Below the pieces are notes generated by a model. It had not been told where the DNA came from, ran no database searches, and was given only the letters and a program-made list of their open reading frames with translations. Both the position numbers and the translations under genes were made by a program. Source: Betaproteobacteria bacterium (lineage in GTDB: Bacteria > Pseudomonadota > Gammaproteobacteria > Burkholderiales > Burkholderiaceae_C). Taken from it: a DNA stretch of 54,381 nucleotides. Shown here piece by piece: positions 8,711-19,000 of this stretch. The stretch lies in NCBI GenBank assembly GCA_010030205.1, contig RGQD01000001.1:1-54381 (forward strand). Direction: 5' to 3'. The first letter of the stretch is position 1. Each line of letters opens with the position of its first letter.

Positions 8711-9658
8711 ATGGGCATCGCGCAATACATCAAGGAGATCGGCCGCGGCAGCGCGGGTGCCCGGTCGCTCGACATCGACCAAGCCCGCGACCTGATGGGC
8801 CAGGTGCTCGATGGCCAGATCAGCGATCTGGAGATCGGCGCGTTTGCATTGGCCATGCGGATCAAGGGCGAGACGGTCGACGAGCTGTTGGGCTTTGCCC
8901 AGGCCACCCAGGCCCGTTGCCTAGCGGTGGCGAGCGACCTGCCGGTGATCGTGATCCCGAGCTACAACGGCGCGCGTCGATTGCCCAACCTGACCCCTTT
9001 GCTGGCGATGCGCCTGGCGCAAGAAGGCGCACGCGTGCTGGTGCACGGTCCGCTTCACGACCCTGGGCGCGTGACCAGCGCCGAGATCTTTCAGGCGCTG
9101 GGCCTGCCGCCAGCCGAAGGCCAGGCCGGCATCCACAAGCGTTGGCAACGCCACGAACCGGCTTTCGTCACGACCGACACACTGTGCGCCGCGCTGCAAC
9201 GCCTGCTCGATGTGCGCCGGGTCGTCGGCCTTCGCAACTCGGGCCACACGGTGGCCAAGCTGTTGCAACCGGTGCAAGGCGCGCCAGCGCTGCGCCTGGC
9301 CAGCCATACCCACCCCGAATTCGGCAAGCTGATGGCCGAGTTCGCCGAGCGCAGCGCCGGCGACATGATGCTGTTGCGCGGCACCGAAGGCGAGGCCGTC
9401 GCCGACCCGCGGCGCTGCCCCAAGCTCGATGTCTGGCTGGGTGGCCAATGGCAAGCCGAGCTGTCCTGCCCGCTGCAAGAGGGTGTGTTGGGAGAACTGC
9501 CGCTGTTGCCGAGACAGATCGACGCTGCCACGGTCGCGGTCTACATCCAGGGCGTGGTTGCGGGCGAAAAGCCCGGACCGGCACCGCTGGACCGGCAGGT
9601 CGACTTGCTGATGCGCGCCTTGCGACGGCTGCCTGCACACAAGCCGGCAGCGGCTTGA
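8711..9658 (+). CDS. ybiB: YbiB (TrpD2-like) DNA-binding protein
   Basis: MGIAQYIKEIGRG, DLEIGAFALAMRIKGE, PSYNGARRLPNLTPLLA, GLRNSGHT, RGTEGE. Confidence 0.9.
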   Translation: MGIAQYIKEIGRGSAGARSLDIDQARDLMGQVLDGQISDLEIGAFALAMRIKGETVDELLGFAQATQARCLAVASDLPVIVIPSYNGARRLPNLTPLLAMRLAQEGARVLVHGPLHDPGRVTSAEIFQALGLPPAEGQAGIHKRWQRHEPAFVTTDTLCAALQRLLDVRRVVGLRNSGHTVAKLLQPVQGAPALRLASHTHPEFGKLMAEFAERSAGDMMLLRGTEGEAVADPRRCPKLDVWLGGQWQAELSCPLQEGVLGELPLLPRQIDAATVAVYIQGVVAGEKPGPAPLDRQVDLLMRALRRLPAHKPAAA

Positions 9659-9700
9659 GCCTGGCTCGGCAGCGATGGCGCGCGAAGATAATCGCCCGCC

Positions 9701-10912
9701 ATGCCCAGCCTACCGCCCTCAAAATTCGACGTCGTCGTGCTGGGCGCAGGGGCAGCGGGTCTGTTTTGTGCCGGCATCGCCGGCCAACGCGGGCTGAAGG
9801 TCTTGCTGATCGACCATGCCGACAAGGTGGCCGAAAAGATCCGCATCTCAGGCGGCGGTCGCTGCAATTTCAGCAACCGCGACACCATGCCGGCGCAGTT
9901 TCTCTCGGCCAACCCAGACTATTGCCGATCGGCACTGGCACGCTACACCACAGCCGATTTCCTCGACCTGGTGCGACGGCACGGCATCGCATTCCATGAA
10001 AAGCACAAGGGCCAGTTGTTCTGCGACGACTCGTCTGAGCAGATCATCGCGATGCTGCTGGCCGAATGCGACAGCGGTGCGGTGCAACGCTGGCAGCCCT
10101 GCGCAGTAGCGGCGCTGCGCGCATCGGACGCGGGCTTCGAGATCGACACCGACCGCGGAACGGTGCAGGCAGCGCAACTGGTGGTGGCCACCGGCGGGCT
10201 GTCGATCCCCAAGATCGGCGCGACCGACTTCGGCTACCGCCTGGCACGTCAGTTCGGCCACAAGATCGTCGAGCCGCGCCCCGCGTTGGTGCCGCTGAGC
10301 TTCGACGCCGAGACCTGGGCCCCATTTGTGCCCTTGGCGGGCGCCTCGCTGGCGGTCGATATTGCCGCCGGCAGCGCGCGGCGCAAGACCAGCTTCCGAG
10401 AGGACTTGCTGTTCACCCACCGGGGCTTGAGCGGCCCGGCGGTGTTGCAGATCTCGAGCTATTGGCGACCGGGCGAAGCGCTGACGATCGACCTGCTGCC
10501 GGGACAAGACGCTGCGCAGTGCTTGCGCGAGGCCAAACAGCAATCGAAGCGCCAACTCGGCAACGCGCTGGCAGGGCTGCTGCCGCAACGCCTGGCCGAC
10601 GCCTGGCTGACCCGGCTTGGCATGGACGCAGCCAAGCCCATGCCTGAGTTGCGCGACCGCGACCTGCAGCGTCTGGCCGAATCGCTGTCGCGCTGGACGC
10701 TGACCCCCAGCGGGACCGAAGGTTTTCGCAAAGCCGAGGTCACTGCCGGCGGCGTCGACACGCGCGAGTTGGACTCGCGCAGCATGGCCAGCAAGCGCCA
10801 ACCCGGACTGCATTTCATCGGCGAAGTGGTCGATGTGACCGGATGGCTGGGCGGCTACAACTTCCAGTGGGCCTGGGCCAGCGCGGCGGCCTGTGCACGG
10901 TCGCTGGTCTGA
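9701..10912 (+). CDS. HI0933/YhiN/BaiN family flavoprotein
   Basis: GAGAAG, KIRISGGGRCNF, ATGGLSIP, FTHRGLSGP, VTAGGV, GEVVDVTGWLGGYNFQWA. Confidence 0.92.
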   Translation: MPSLPPSKFDVVVLGAGAAGLFCAGIAGQRGLKVLLIDHADKVAEKIRISGGGRCNFSNRDTMPAQFLSANPDYCRSALARYTTADFLDLVRRHGIAFHEKHKGQLFCDDSSEQIIAMLLAECDSGAVQRWQPCAVAALRASDAGFEIDTDRGTVQAAQLVVATGGLSIPKIGATDFGYRLARQFGHKIVEPRPALVPLSFDAETWAPFVPLAGASLAVDIAAGSARRKTSFREDLLFTHRGLSGPAVLQISSYWRPGEALTIDLLPGQDAAQCLREAKQQSKRQLGNALAGLLPQRLADAWLTRLGMDAAKPMPELRDRDLQRLAESLSRWTLTPSGTEGFRKAEVTAGGVDTRELDSRSMASKRQPGLHFIGEVVDVTGWLGGYNFQWAWASAAACARSLV

Positions 10913-11063
10913 TGCAGAGAATTCGCAGTAGAATCTTCGTTTTGCTGGTAAACCGCGCGTCGATTCCCCGGCCTGGCCCACTCGACAAGAGCGCCAGAAT
11001 GCAGCGAGCCTGCAGGCCGCGTCTGGAACACCGAGCGCACAATCCTTAGGACTTTGGAGTTAA

Positions 11064-11276
11064 ATGACCACGATTCGCGTCAAGGAAAACGAACCTTTCG
11101 ATGTCGCCCTGCGCCGCTTCAAGCGCACGATCGAAAAGCTGGGCTTGCTCACCGACCTGCGGGCCCGCGAGTTCTACGAAAAGCCCACGTCGGAGCGCAA
11201 GCGCAAGAAAGCTGCGGCCGTCAAGCGCCACTACAAGCGCGTTCGCAGCATGCAGCTGCCGAAAAAGCTTTTCTAA
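11064..11276 (+). CDS. rpsU: 30S ribosomal protein S21
   Basis: [25 protein letters not shown]...REFYEKP; GGAG RBS. Confidence 0.97.
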   Translation: MTTIRVKENEPFDVALRRFKRTIEKLGLLTDLRAREFYEKPTSERKRKKAAAVKRHYKRVRSMQLPKKLF

Positions 11277-11304
11277 ACTCGAAGCCGTTTTTCTGCTCTG
11301 AATC

Positions 11305-11338
11305 GACGCCCGCGCGGACTACCGCTGCGGGCGTTTTT
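11305..11338 (+). terminator. Intrinsic terminator-like hairpin between rpsU and yqeY
   Basis: GACGCCCGC-GCGG-ACTA-CCGC-T-GCGGGCGTT, with a T5 run at 11334-11338. Confidence 0.6.
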
Positions 11339-11380
11339 CATGGTACTGCGCCTTTTTGCCTTCTTGCTGGAGAAAACCTG

Positions 11381-11827
11381 ATGAGCCTGAAAGACCAGAT
11401 CACCGAAGACATGAAGACGGCGATGCGCGCCAAGGACGCGGCGCGCCTGTCGACCATCCGAATGCTGCTGGCCGCGATCAAGCAGCGCGAGGTCGATGAG
11501 CGCATCGTGCTCGACGATGCGTCTGTTGTCGCGATCGTCGACAAGACGATCAAACAGCGCAAAGACTCGATCGCCGCGTTCCAGAGCGCCGGCCGCACCG
11601 ACCTGGTCGACAAGGAATCGGCCGAACTGCTGGTGCTGCAGGCCTATCTGCCGGCGCGGCTCTCGAATGAGGAGGTCGGTGCCGCAGTGGCGACGATCGT
11701 CGCCGGTCTGGGCGCCAGTGGCCCGGGCGACATGGGCCGGGTGATGGCAGCGGTCAAAGCACAGCTCGCCGGCAAGGTCGACATGGGCGCCATCTCCGCC
11801 GCTGTCAAGTCCGCGTTGTCGAAGTAA
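11381..11827 (+). CDS. GatB/YqeY domain protein
   Basis: MSLKDQITEDMKTAMRAKD...KQREVDER...KQRKDSI...DMGRVM. Confidence 0.93.
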   Translation: MSLKDQITEDMKTAMRAKDAARLSTIRMLLAAIKQREVDERIVLDDASVVAIVDKTIKQRKDSIAAFQSAGRTDLVDKESAELLVLQAYLPARLSNEEVGAAVATIVAGLGASGPGDMGRVMAAVKAQLAGKVDMGAISAAVKSALSK

Positions 11828-11838
11828 AGTCAGCCCCC

Positions 11839-12186
11839 ATGAACACCAACCTGCCCTTGCGCGCCATCGCCGACCAGTTGTCGGTGGCCCCTCAACTGAT
11901 GCCCGATGCCATGGCCGAGTTGGCCCGCTTGGGCTTCAAAAGCGTGATCAACAACCGACCCGACCACGAGCATGGCCCCGACCAGCCCACCAGCGCGCAG
12001 GTCGAGGCCGCCGCGCTGGCCGCCGGCCTGCAGTACCGGCACCTGCCGGTCGACGGTGGCTGGCAATCGCCCGAGCAGATCGCCGAATTCGCGCGGCTGT
12101 TGGCCGAGTTGCCCGCACCGGTACTGGCGTTTTGCCGTTCCGGCGCGCGATCGACCCGTCTCTACCAGCAGGCCGCAGCGCTGTAG
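11839..12186 (+). CDS. TIGR01244/DUF442 sulfurtransferase/PTP-like protein
   Basis: GFKSVINNRPDHE and PVLAFCRSGARS motifs. Confidence 0.85.
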   Translation: MNTNLPLRAIADQLSVAPQLMPDAMAELARLGFKSVINNRPDHEHGPDQPTSAQVEAAALAAGLQYRHLPVDGGWQSPEQIAEFARLLAELPAPVLAFCRSGARSTRLYQQAAAL

Positions 12187-12202
12187 TGCTTCGCGCCTCG
12201 GC

Positions 12203-13321
12203 TCAGGACCAGACTTCCTGAGCGGTTTCGATCACCAAGCGCAGCTTGGCGCGCTGCGCCTCGACGGCGATGTTGTTGCCGTGCACGGTGCTGGAAAAAC
12301 CGCACTGCGGGCTCAAGGCCAGTTGGTCAAGCGGCGCGTACTGGGAGGCTTCCTCAATCCGGCGCTTGAGCGCGTCCTTGCTCTCCATCTCGCCGAACTT
12401 GGTCGTCACCAGGCCCAGCACGACGATCTTGCCCTTGGACAGGAAGCGCAAAGGGCGGAAGTCGCCCGATCGTTCGTCGTCGTATTCGAGGAAAAACGCG
12501 TCGAGATTCATCTCCGACAACAAGGCCTCGGCCACTGGCTCGTAGTTGCCGGCCGCAGCGTGTGTGCTCTTGAAGTTGCCCCGGCACAGGTGCATCGCCA
12601 GCGTCATGCCGGCCGGCTTGTAGGCAACGACCTTGTTGATGAACGCGGCGTAGCGGTGCGGCAATTCGTTGGGGTCGTCGCCGCGCGATCTGGCGGCCTC
12701 GCGCATCTTCTCGTCGCAGAGATAGGCCAGGTTGGTGTCATCCATCTGCACATAGCTGCAACCAGCATCGGCCAGCGACTGCAGCTCCTGGCCATAGGCC
12801 TTGGCCACGTCGTCGTAGAAAGCCGGATCAAGTTCGGGGTATGCCTCGCGGCTGATGCCGGCACGCCCGCCCCGAAAGTGCAGCATGGTCGGCGACGGAA
12901 TCGTCACCTTGGACGTCAAGCCTGCCGCCACCTGGCTCTTGAGGTATTCGAAATCGGCCAGCTGGATGTTCTTGGCGTGGCGAACCTTGTCGATCACACG
13001 GATCACCGGCGGTGCGAGCTCCTCACTGCCGTCGGGCCGCAGCACCGTGAACGGGATGTCGGTCTTGACGCCGCCGAGTTGTTCCAGAAAATCGATGTGG
13101 AAATAGGTGCGGCGAAACTCGCCGTCGGTGATGCTTTGCAGTCCGACGTCCTGCTGGAACTGCACGATCTCGGTGATCGCTTGGTCCTCGACCAGGCGCA
13201 GCTGCTCGGCTGTGATCTCCTTCTTGACGAAGAACTGCTCGCGCGCGTCGAGCAGGTATTTCGGGCGCAGGAAACTGCCGACATGGTCGGCGCGAAAAGG
13301 CGGTTGGGTGCGAAGCGTCAT
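12203..13321 (-). CDS. Half-size MetE-like Zn enzyme (methionine synthase C-terminal domain family, YxjG/H-like)
   Basis: PPFRADHVGSFLRP, ITDGEFRR, Zn ligands in HLCRGN, LEYD and SPQCGFSS. 372 aa with no N-terminal MetE domain. Confidence 0.88.
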   Translation of the reverse strand: MTLRTQPPFRADHVGSFLRPKYLLDAREQFFVKKEITAEQLRLVEDQAITEIVQFQQDVGLQSITDGEFRRTYFHIDFLEQLGGVKTDIPFTVLRPDGSEELAPPVIRVIDKVRHAKNIQLADFEYLKSQVAAGLTSKVTIPSPTMLHFRGGRAGISREAYPELDPAFYDDVAKAYGQELQSLADAGCSYVQMDDTNLAYLCDEKMREAARSRGDDPNELPHRYAAFINKVVAYKPAGMTLAMHLCRGNFKSTHAAAGNYEPVAEALLSEMNLDAFFLEYDDERSGDFRPLRFLSKGKIVVLGLVTTKFGEMESKDALKRRIEEASQYAPLDQLALSPQCGFSSTVHGNNIAVEAQRAKLRLVIETAQEVWS

Positions 13322-13352
13322 GGTCGAGAGTCCAGGGGTTGAGATGCGTGAT

Positions 13353-14055
13353 TCAGTGCGCCGAGACGCCCAGCCATCGATCGAGTGGCGCTGGATCGTC
13401 CAGCAAGGTCGCGCTGTCGGCGCGGTAAGCGATGCTGCCACGGTCGAGCACGATGCAGTCGTCGGTCACGCCCAGCACCATGTGCGGATGCTGTTCGACG
13501 ACGATCGACGACAAGCCTTCCTCACGCGCAACGCGGCGGATCGCACGCAGCAGCTCTTCGATGATGATCGGCGCCAGGCCCTCGAGCGGCTCGTCGAGCA
13601 GCAGCAAGCGCGGGTTGAGCATCAGCGCGCGACCAAACGCCAGCATCTGCTGCTCGCCGCCAGACAACTGGGTGCCGAGGTTTTTCTTGCGCTCGGCCAG
13701 GCGGGGAAACAGCTCAAAAACGCGCTGGGCATTCCAGGGCCCAGGCCTGGCCACGGCGCTCAAGTTCTCGTCGACAGTCAGCGACTTGAAGATGTTGCGC
13801 TCCTGCGGCACCCAGCCGATGCCGCTTGCGGCGCGGGCATAAACCGGCAGATCCTGGATCTCGCGCCCGGCCAGCGAGAGGCGGCCGGCATGGCGGTGCG
13901 TCACGCCCACCAGCGTGTCGATCAGCGTCGTCTTGCCGGTGCCGTTGCGACCCAGCAGCGCCAGCGAGCGGCCCATCGCGAGCGAGAAGCTGATGTCGGT
14001 CAGCACCACGGCGTCGCCGTAGCCACAGGTCAGGCCCTGCACCTCGAGCAGGCTT

Positions 14056-14063
<8 letters not shown>
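13353..14063 (-). CDS. Liv-type ABC ATPase (LivF-like)
   Basis: GRNGTGKT, LSGGEQQM, LLLDEP. Confidence 0.92.
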
Positions 14064-14855
<792 letters not shown>

Positions 14856-14859
<4 letters not shown>

Positions 14860-15836
14860 GGCTTACCCCACTTGAACCACGACCGGGGCCGGAACAGCCG
14901 CTCGCGCCCGACCAGCATCAGCAGCACCAGGAACAGACCGATCCAGAAGGTCCAGTACTGGGCGGTGAACGATGAGATCAAGTCGTGCAACACCTTGAAT
15001 GCGATCGCCCCGATCAATCCGCCCCACAGCCAGCCGGCGCCGCCGATCACCAGCGCGAGCATCACATCGGCACTGCGGTGGAACTCGAACACGTCTAGCG
15101 ATGCGAAGCCGGTGGTCTGCACCAGCAGCGCACCCGCCGCACCGGCCAGGCCAGCGGCCAGCGTGTAGACCGCCGCCAGCCGGCTGTTGACCGACAGCCC
15201 GATCGCCATCACCCTCAGCCGGTTGTCGCGCAGCGCCTGCAGCGAGATGCCCAGCGGCGAGTGCACGATGCGGCGCAGCAGCAAGAAGGCGATGAACAGC
15301 ACCGTCAGTGAATAAAACGATGCCACCCGTGCGCCCAGGTCGAACTCGAAGCGACCGACGAACGGGACCCACAACGGGCCCATCACCACACCTTGCAGCC
15401 CATCGGTTCCGCCGGTCAGGCCGTCGAACTTGTTGGCCAGTTCCAGCAGCACCAGGGCCACGCCCATCGTCACCATCAGCCGGGTCAGGTCGGTGCCGCG
15501 AACAATCATCGGGCTGGTGACCAGGCCGAGCAGCGCGCCCAGCCCTGCCCCCACGGCCAATCCGACCATCGGATCGGGCATCACATGCTTGGCGAACAGC
15601 GCCGCGCCATAAGCGCCGACGCCAAAGAATGCCGCGTGTCCCAGCGAGACGATACCGGCATAGCCCAGGATCAGATCGAGCGAGAGCGCGAACAGCGCCA
15701 GGATCGCGATCTCGTTGACCAGTGCTGCATGCTGCGCGAACAGCGCGGCGACGGCCCAGATCGCCGCCCACAGCGCAAGCTCCCAGGGCCGCCACCTCGA
15801 CGGCGCGAGCAGCCTGGCCGCGGTTGCGCTGCTCAT
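14856..15836 (-). CDS. Liv-type ABC permease (LivM-like)
   Basis: LGYAGIVSLGHAAFFGVGAY, LTGGTDGL, ALRDN. Confidence 0.92.
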
Positions 15837-15916
15837 TGCAGCCTCCGTCGGGCCGTCCCAAGGCGGCTGCGCACCCCTTGGTGGGGCAGCGAGCGCCGTG
15901 CGCTTGGGGGGCTCAT
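15833..15916 (-). repeat. Palindromic interspersed element, copy A, flanked by ATGA on both sides (27-aa mini-ORF)
   Basis: TCAT at 15833-15836 and 15913-15916 with 76 bp between. Outer CCCAAG/CTTGGG stem, inner CCCC-TTGGT-GGGG and GAGCGC-CGT-GCGCTT hairpins. Confidence 0.75.
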
Positions 15917-16785
15917 GGCTTGCCCTCGCGCGAGAACAAGCCTTGCGGCCGCCACAGCAGAATCGCGATCATCAGCACATAGACGATGAAGGCACCGAGC
16001 TTGGGCAGGTAGTACTTGCCCATCACATCGGCAATGCCCAGCACCAATGCCGCCACCAGTGGGCCGGTGATCGAACTGGTGCCACCCACGGCACAGACGA
16101 TCAGGAAATAGACCATGAACTTCAATGGGAAGGTCGGATCGAGCCCGAGGATGTCTGCGCCCAGCGCCCCGCCCAGACCGGCCAGACCCGAGCCGACCGC
16201 GAAGGTCAGCAGGAAGATTCGGTTCACCGGGATGCCCAGCCCGGCAGCGACCCGCGGGTCGTCCACTGCGGCTCGCAGCCGGCTGCCGAAGCGGGTCTGG
16301 GTCAGCACCGCCTGCAGCCCCAACGCCAGCGCGAAGCAGGTCGCGATGATGAACAAGCGGTACGCCCCCATGCCCAGCATCCACGCGCCCGTGCCGAATT
16401 CGAAGCGCTGACGCAGCCAGTCGGGCAGCTGGACGTTCTGCGGCGAACTGCCCATGATGAAGTCGACCGAGGCCACGGCCATGAAGGTCAGGCCGATCGA
16501 GAACAAGACCTGGTCGAGGTGAGGCTTGCCGTACATCGGTCGGTAGACCAAGCGCTCGAGCAACGCACCGGCGGCCGCAGTGGCGATAAAAGCCGCCGGC
16601 AGGCAGGCCAGAAAAGGCCAGCCAGCGCGCTGCATCAGCACGATCAGGATGTAGCCGCCGGCCATCGCGAAAGCGCCATGGGCCAGGTTGATGAAGTTCA
16701 TCAAACCCATCGTGACCGCCAACCCCAGGGCCAGCACGAACAGCAGCATGCCGTAGGCAATGCCGTCGAAGAGAAGGGTCAGCAT
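15913..16785 (-). CDS. Liv-type ABC permease (LivH-like)
   Basis: MLTLLFDGIAYG...MNFINLAHGAF...TRFGSRLRAAVDD...RPQGLF. Confidence 0.92.
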   Translation of the reverse strand: MLTLLFDGIAYGMLLFVLALGLAVTMGLMNFINLAHGAFAMAGGYILIVLMQRAGWPFLACLPAAFIATAAAGALLERLVYRPMYGKPHLDQVLFSIGLTFMAVASVDFIMGSSPQNVQLPDWLRQRFEFGTGAWMLGMGAYRLFIIATCFALALGLQAVLTQTRFGSRLRAAVDDPRVAAGLGIPVNRIFLLTFAVGSGLAGLGGALGADILGLDPTFPLKFMVYFLIVCAVGGTSSITGPLVAALVLGIADVMGKYYLPKLGAFIVYVLMIAILLWRPQGLFSREGKP

Positions 16786-16927
16786 GAAATCGGGCGGGTC
16801 AGCGCGAAAAGGCACACTGAGGGCATCGCAGCAAGCAGACGCTGCGAAACCGACTGTGCCGGGCCGCTGGCGTCGCGTTGCGCCCTGCAGGTCGCAAGGC
16901 GTTCGCCAGCCAGTCGCGAGCGCGCAG

Positions 16928-16992
16928 GGGCTCGCTCGGCGCGGGCTCACCCCCACTGGGGCGGAGCGGCCTCAGGCCGCTTCGGGGATGGG
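16928..16992 (-). repeat. Palindromic interspersed element, copy B
   Basis: Abuts the SBP TGA (GTGA overlap). On + it reads CCCC-ACT-GGGG, then GGAGCGGCC-TCA-GGCCGCTTC, then GGGG, the same module order as copy A. Confidence 0.6.
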
Positions 16993-18159
16993 TCACTTCA
17001 ACTTGCCGGGATCCTTCACCGATTTCAGCGTGTCGAACTCGACGTTGTAGAGCTGACCGTTCACCCGCTCCACCTTGCGGATGTAGACGTCCTGCACGAC
17101 ATCGCGGGTCTGCGCGTCGATCAGCACCGGGCCGCGCGGGCTCTCGAAGATCTGTCCCTTCATCGCCGCCAACAGCGCGTCGCCACCGACACCTTTGGTG
17201 GCGTCTAGCGCCTTGAAGATCACGCGCATACCGTCGTAGCCGCCGACCGACATGAAATTGGGCCTGAACTTGTTGGCCGCCTGGAAATCTGCAACGTATT
17301 TCTTGTTGACCGCACTGTTGTGCGCCGCCGAGTAGTGGTGCGAATTGACCACGCCCAGCGCGACATCGCCCATGTCGTTCAACTGGTCGTCGTCGGTGAC
17401 ATCGCCGGTGGCGATCAGCTTGATGCCGGCCTTGTCCAGGCCGCGCTCACCGAACTGCTTCATGAACTGCGCGCCTTGGCCCGAGGGCAGGAAGACAAAC
17501 AGCGCGTCCGGCGACAAGTCGCGCACCTTCTGCAATACCGGCGCGAAGTCGGCGCCGCGCAGCGGCGTGCGAAGCTTGTCGGTGATCACACCGCCGTTCA
17601 ACTGGAACTGGCTTGAGAAGAACTTTTCGGCGTCATTGCCCGGGCCGTAGTCGGCCACCAGCGTGACGACCTTCTTGATCTTGTTCTTGGCCGCCCATTC
17701 GGCGATGCCGATCGACACCTGCGGCAGCGTGAAGCTGGTGCGAACGATGTAGGGCGAGGCCTCGGTGATCATCGAGGTCGCCGCCGCCATCACCACCATC
17801 GGGGTCTTGCTTTGGGTGGCGATGGGCGCGGTGGCCAGGGCCAAGGGCGTCAAGCCGAAACCAGCCAGTGCGACGACCTTGTCGTTGACCACCAACTCCT
17901 GCGCCAAGCGGCGGGTGGTGTCGGCCACACCTGCGTCGTCCTTGATGATGACCTCGACCTTCTTGCCACCGGCCTTGCCGCCGCTCTGCGCCATCCACAG
18001 CTTGATCGCGGCGTCGATCTGGCGGCCGGTGGACGCCGAGGGGCCGGTCATCGGCAGGATCACGCCGATCTTGACGCTGTCCTCGGCCCGCACTGCACCG
18101 CCGGTCAGAACGCCCAGCGACAAGGTGGCCAGGGTCAGCAAGTGATTTCGTCTCGTCAT
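16993..18159 (-). CDS. Liv-type periplasmic substrate-binding protein (resembles aromatic-acid-binding subfamily)
   Basis: Signal peptide; VKIGVILPMTG, GFGLTPLALA, VRTSFTLPQ, DYGPGND, ESPRGPV..D..TRDVVQDVYIRKV. Confidence 0.88.
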   Translation of the reverse strand: MTRRNHLLTLATLSLGVLTGGAVRAEDSVKIGVILPMTGPSASTGRQIDAAIKLWMAQSGGKAGGKKVEVIIKDDAGVADTTRRLAQELVVNDKVVALAGFGLTPLALATAPIATQSKTPMVVMAAATSMITEASPYIVRTSFTLPQVSIGIAEWAAKNKIKKVVTLVADYGPGNDAEKFFSSQFQLNGGVITDKLRTPLRGADFAPVLQKVRDLSPDALFVFLPSGQGAQFMKQFGERGLDKAGIKLIATGDVTDDDQLNDMGDVALGVVNSHHYSAAHNSAVNKKYVADFQAANKFRPNFMSVGGYDGMRVIFKALDATKGVGGDALLAAMKGQIFESPRGPVLIDAQTRDVVQDVYIRKVERVNGQLYNVEFDTLKSVKDPGKLK

Positions 18160-18259
18160 GGTGGAACCTTCAGAAGTTTTAAGCGTGGGCAATTGTGCGC
18201 GGAGACGACCGCTTCATGTCTAAGCGCAAGTCCGTAGGCGGTTGGCGCTAGGCCCAGGA

Positions 18260-19000
18260 TCAGGCCGCCGCTTGGCGTTCTACATGCCACTCCACCAACC
18301 GGCCCATGTTGCCGAGCGAGATTTGATGCGCATGGATCAAACCCAGCAAACCGTTGCGACTGAGCATCAGCACATCGGCGTCCGACAGCGCCGAGAGCTT
18401 TTGCTCGTCGATCGTCAGGAAGCCATCGACCCCGAGCTTGCTGCCATCGGGCAAGGTCGCGTCGAAGCGCATGTCGCGCAGCAAGTCCTTCTCGACCAGC
18501 AGCGCACCGGCCATGCGGGTGCGTTCAATCTCGGACTCGAAGGTTTCGAGCTGCTGTTGCACGGTCTTGGTGAATTCGGTGGGTTCGCCGTTGGCATCGA
18601 ACAATGCCTGGCCCTCGGCCCCAAGCCCAGCACAGGCTTCGTCGATGCAGACCACCATCTCGTCGGCCGCCACCCGGGCCAGCGCGAAGGGGTAGAGCCG
18701 CAACATCGCCGGCACGTAGCGCACGCGCCAGGCATTGCCCTCGATGCACAGGTTCTGCCCGACCTGCAGGCCAAAGACCGCAACCGGCGCGACCTGCATT
18801 TTGCCCGCCTCGTCCTTGCCGGCATTGACCCAGACCACGGGGAATTCCTTGCAGGCGTCGGTGAATTCGGTGCCCGCGACAAAGAACGCATTCAGCGCGG
18901 ACATCACGCTTAGGTCGCGCCGTTCGAGCTTGAGCTTGAGCTCGCGATGTTTGACGCGATCGAGTGCGACCGCTTGCTTGTGCAGGTTTTCGTTGATCAT
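18260..19000 (-). CDS. SapC family protein
   Basis: LDRVKHRELKL, EF..ACKEFPVV, GLQVGQNL, W...YVPAMLRLYPF, IDEQKL..L, LGLIHAHQISLGN. Confidence 0.85.
   Translation of the reverse strand: MINENLHKQAVALDRVKHRELKLKLERRDLSVMSALNAFFVAGTEFTDACKEFPVVWVNAGKDEAGKMQVAPVAVFGLQVGQNLCIEGNAWRVRYVPAMLRLYPFALARVAADEMVVCIDEACAGLGAEGQALFDANGEPTEFTKTVQQQLETFESEIERTRMAGALLVEKDLLRDMRFDATLPDGSKLGVDGFLTIDEQKLSALSDADVLMLSRNGLLGLIHAHQISLGNMGRLVEWHVERQAAA

Noticed and set aside
16799-16996. 65-aa ORF starting at the SBP stop as a real protein
   Set aside because: Reads through repeat and hairpin sequence and ends 13 bp before livH without an overlap; no protein-like features.
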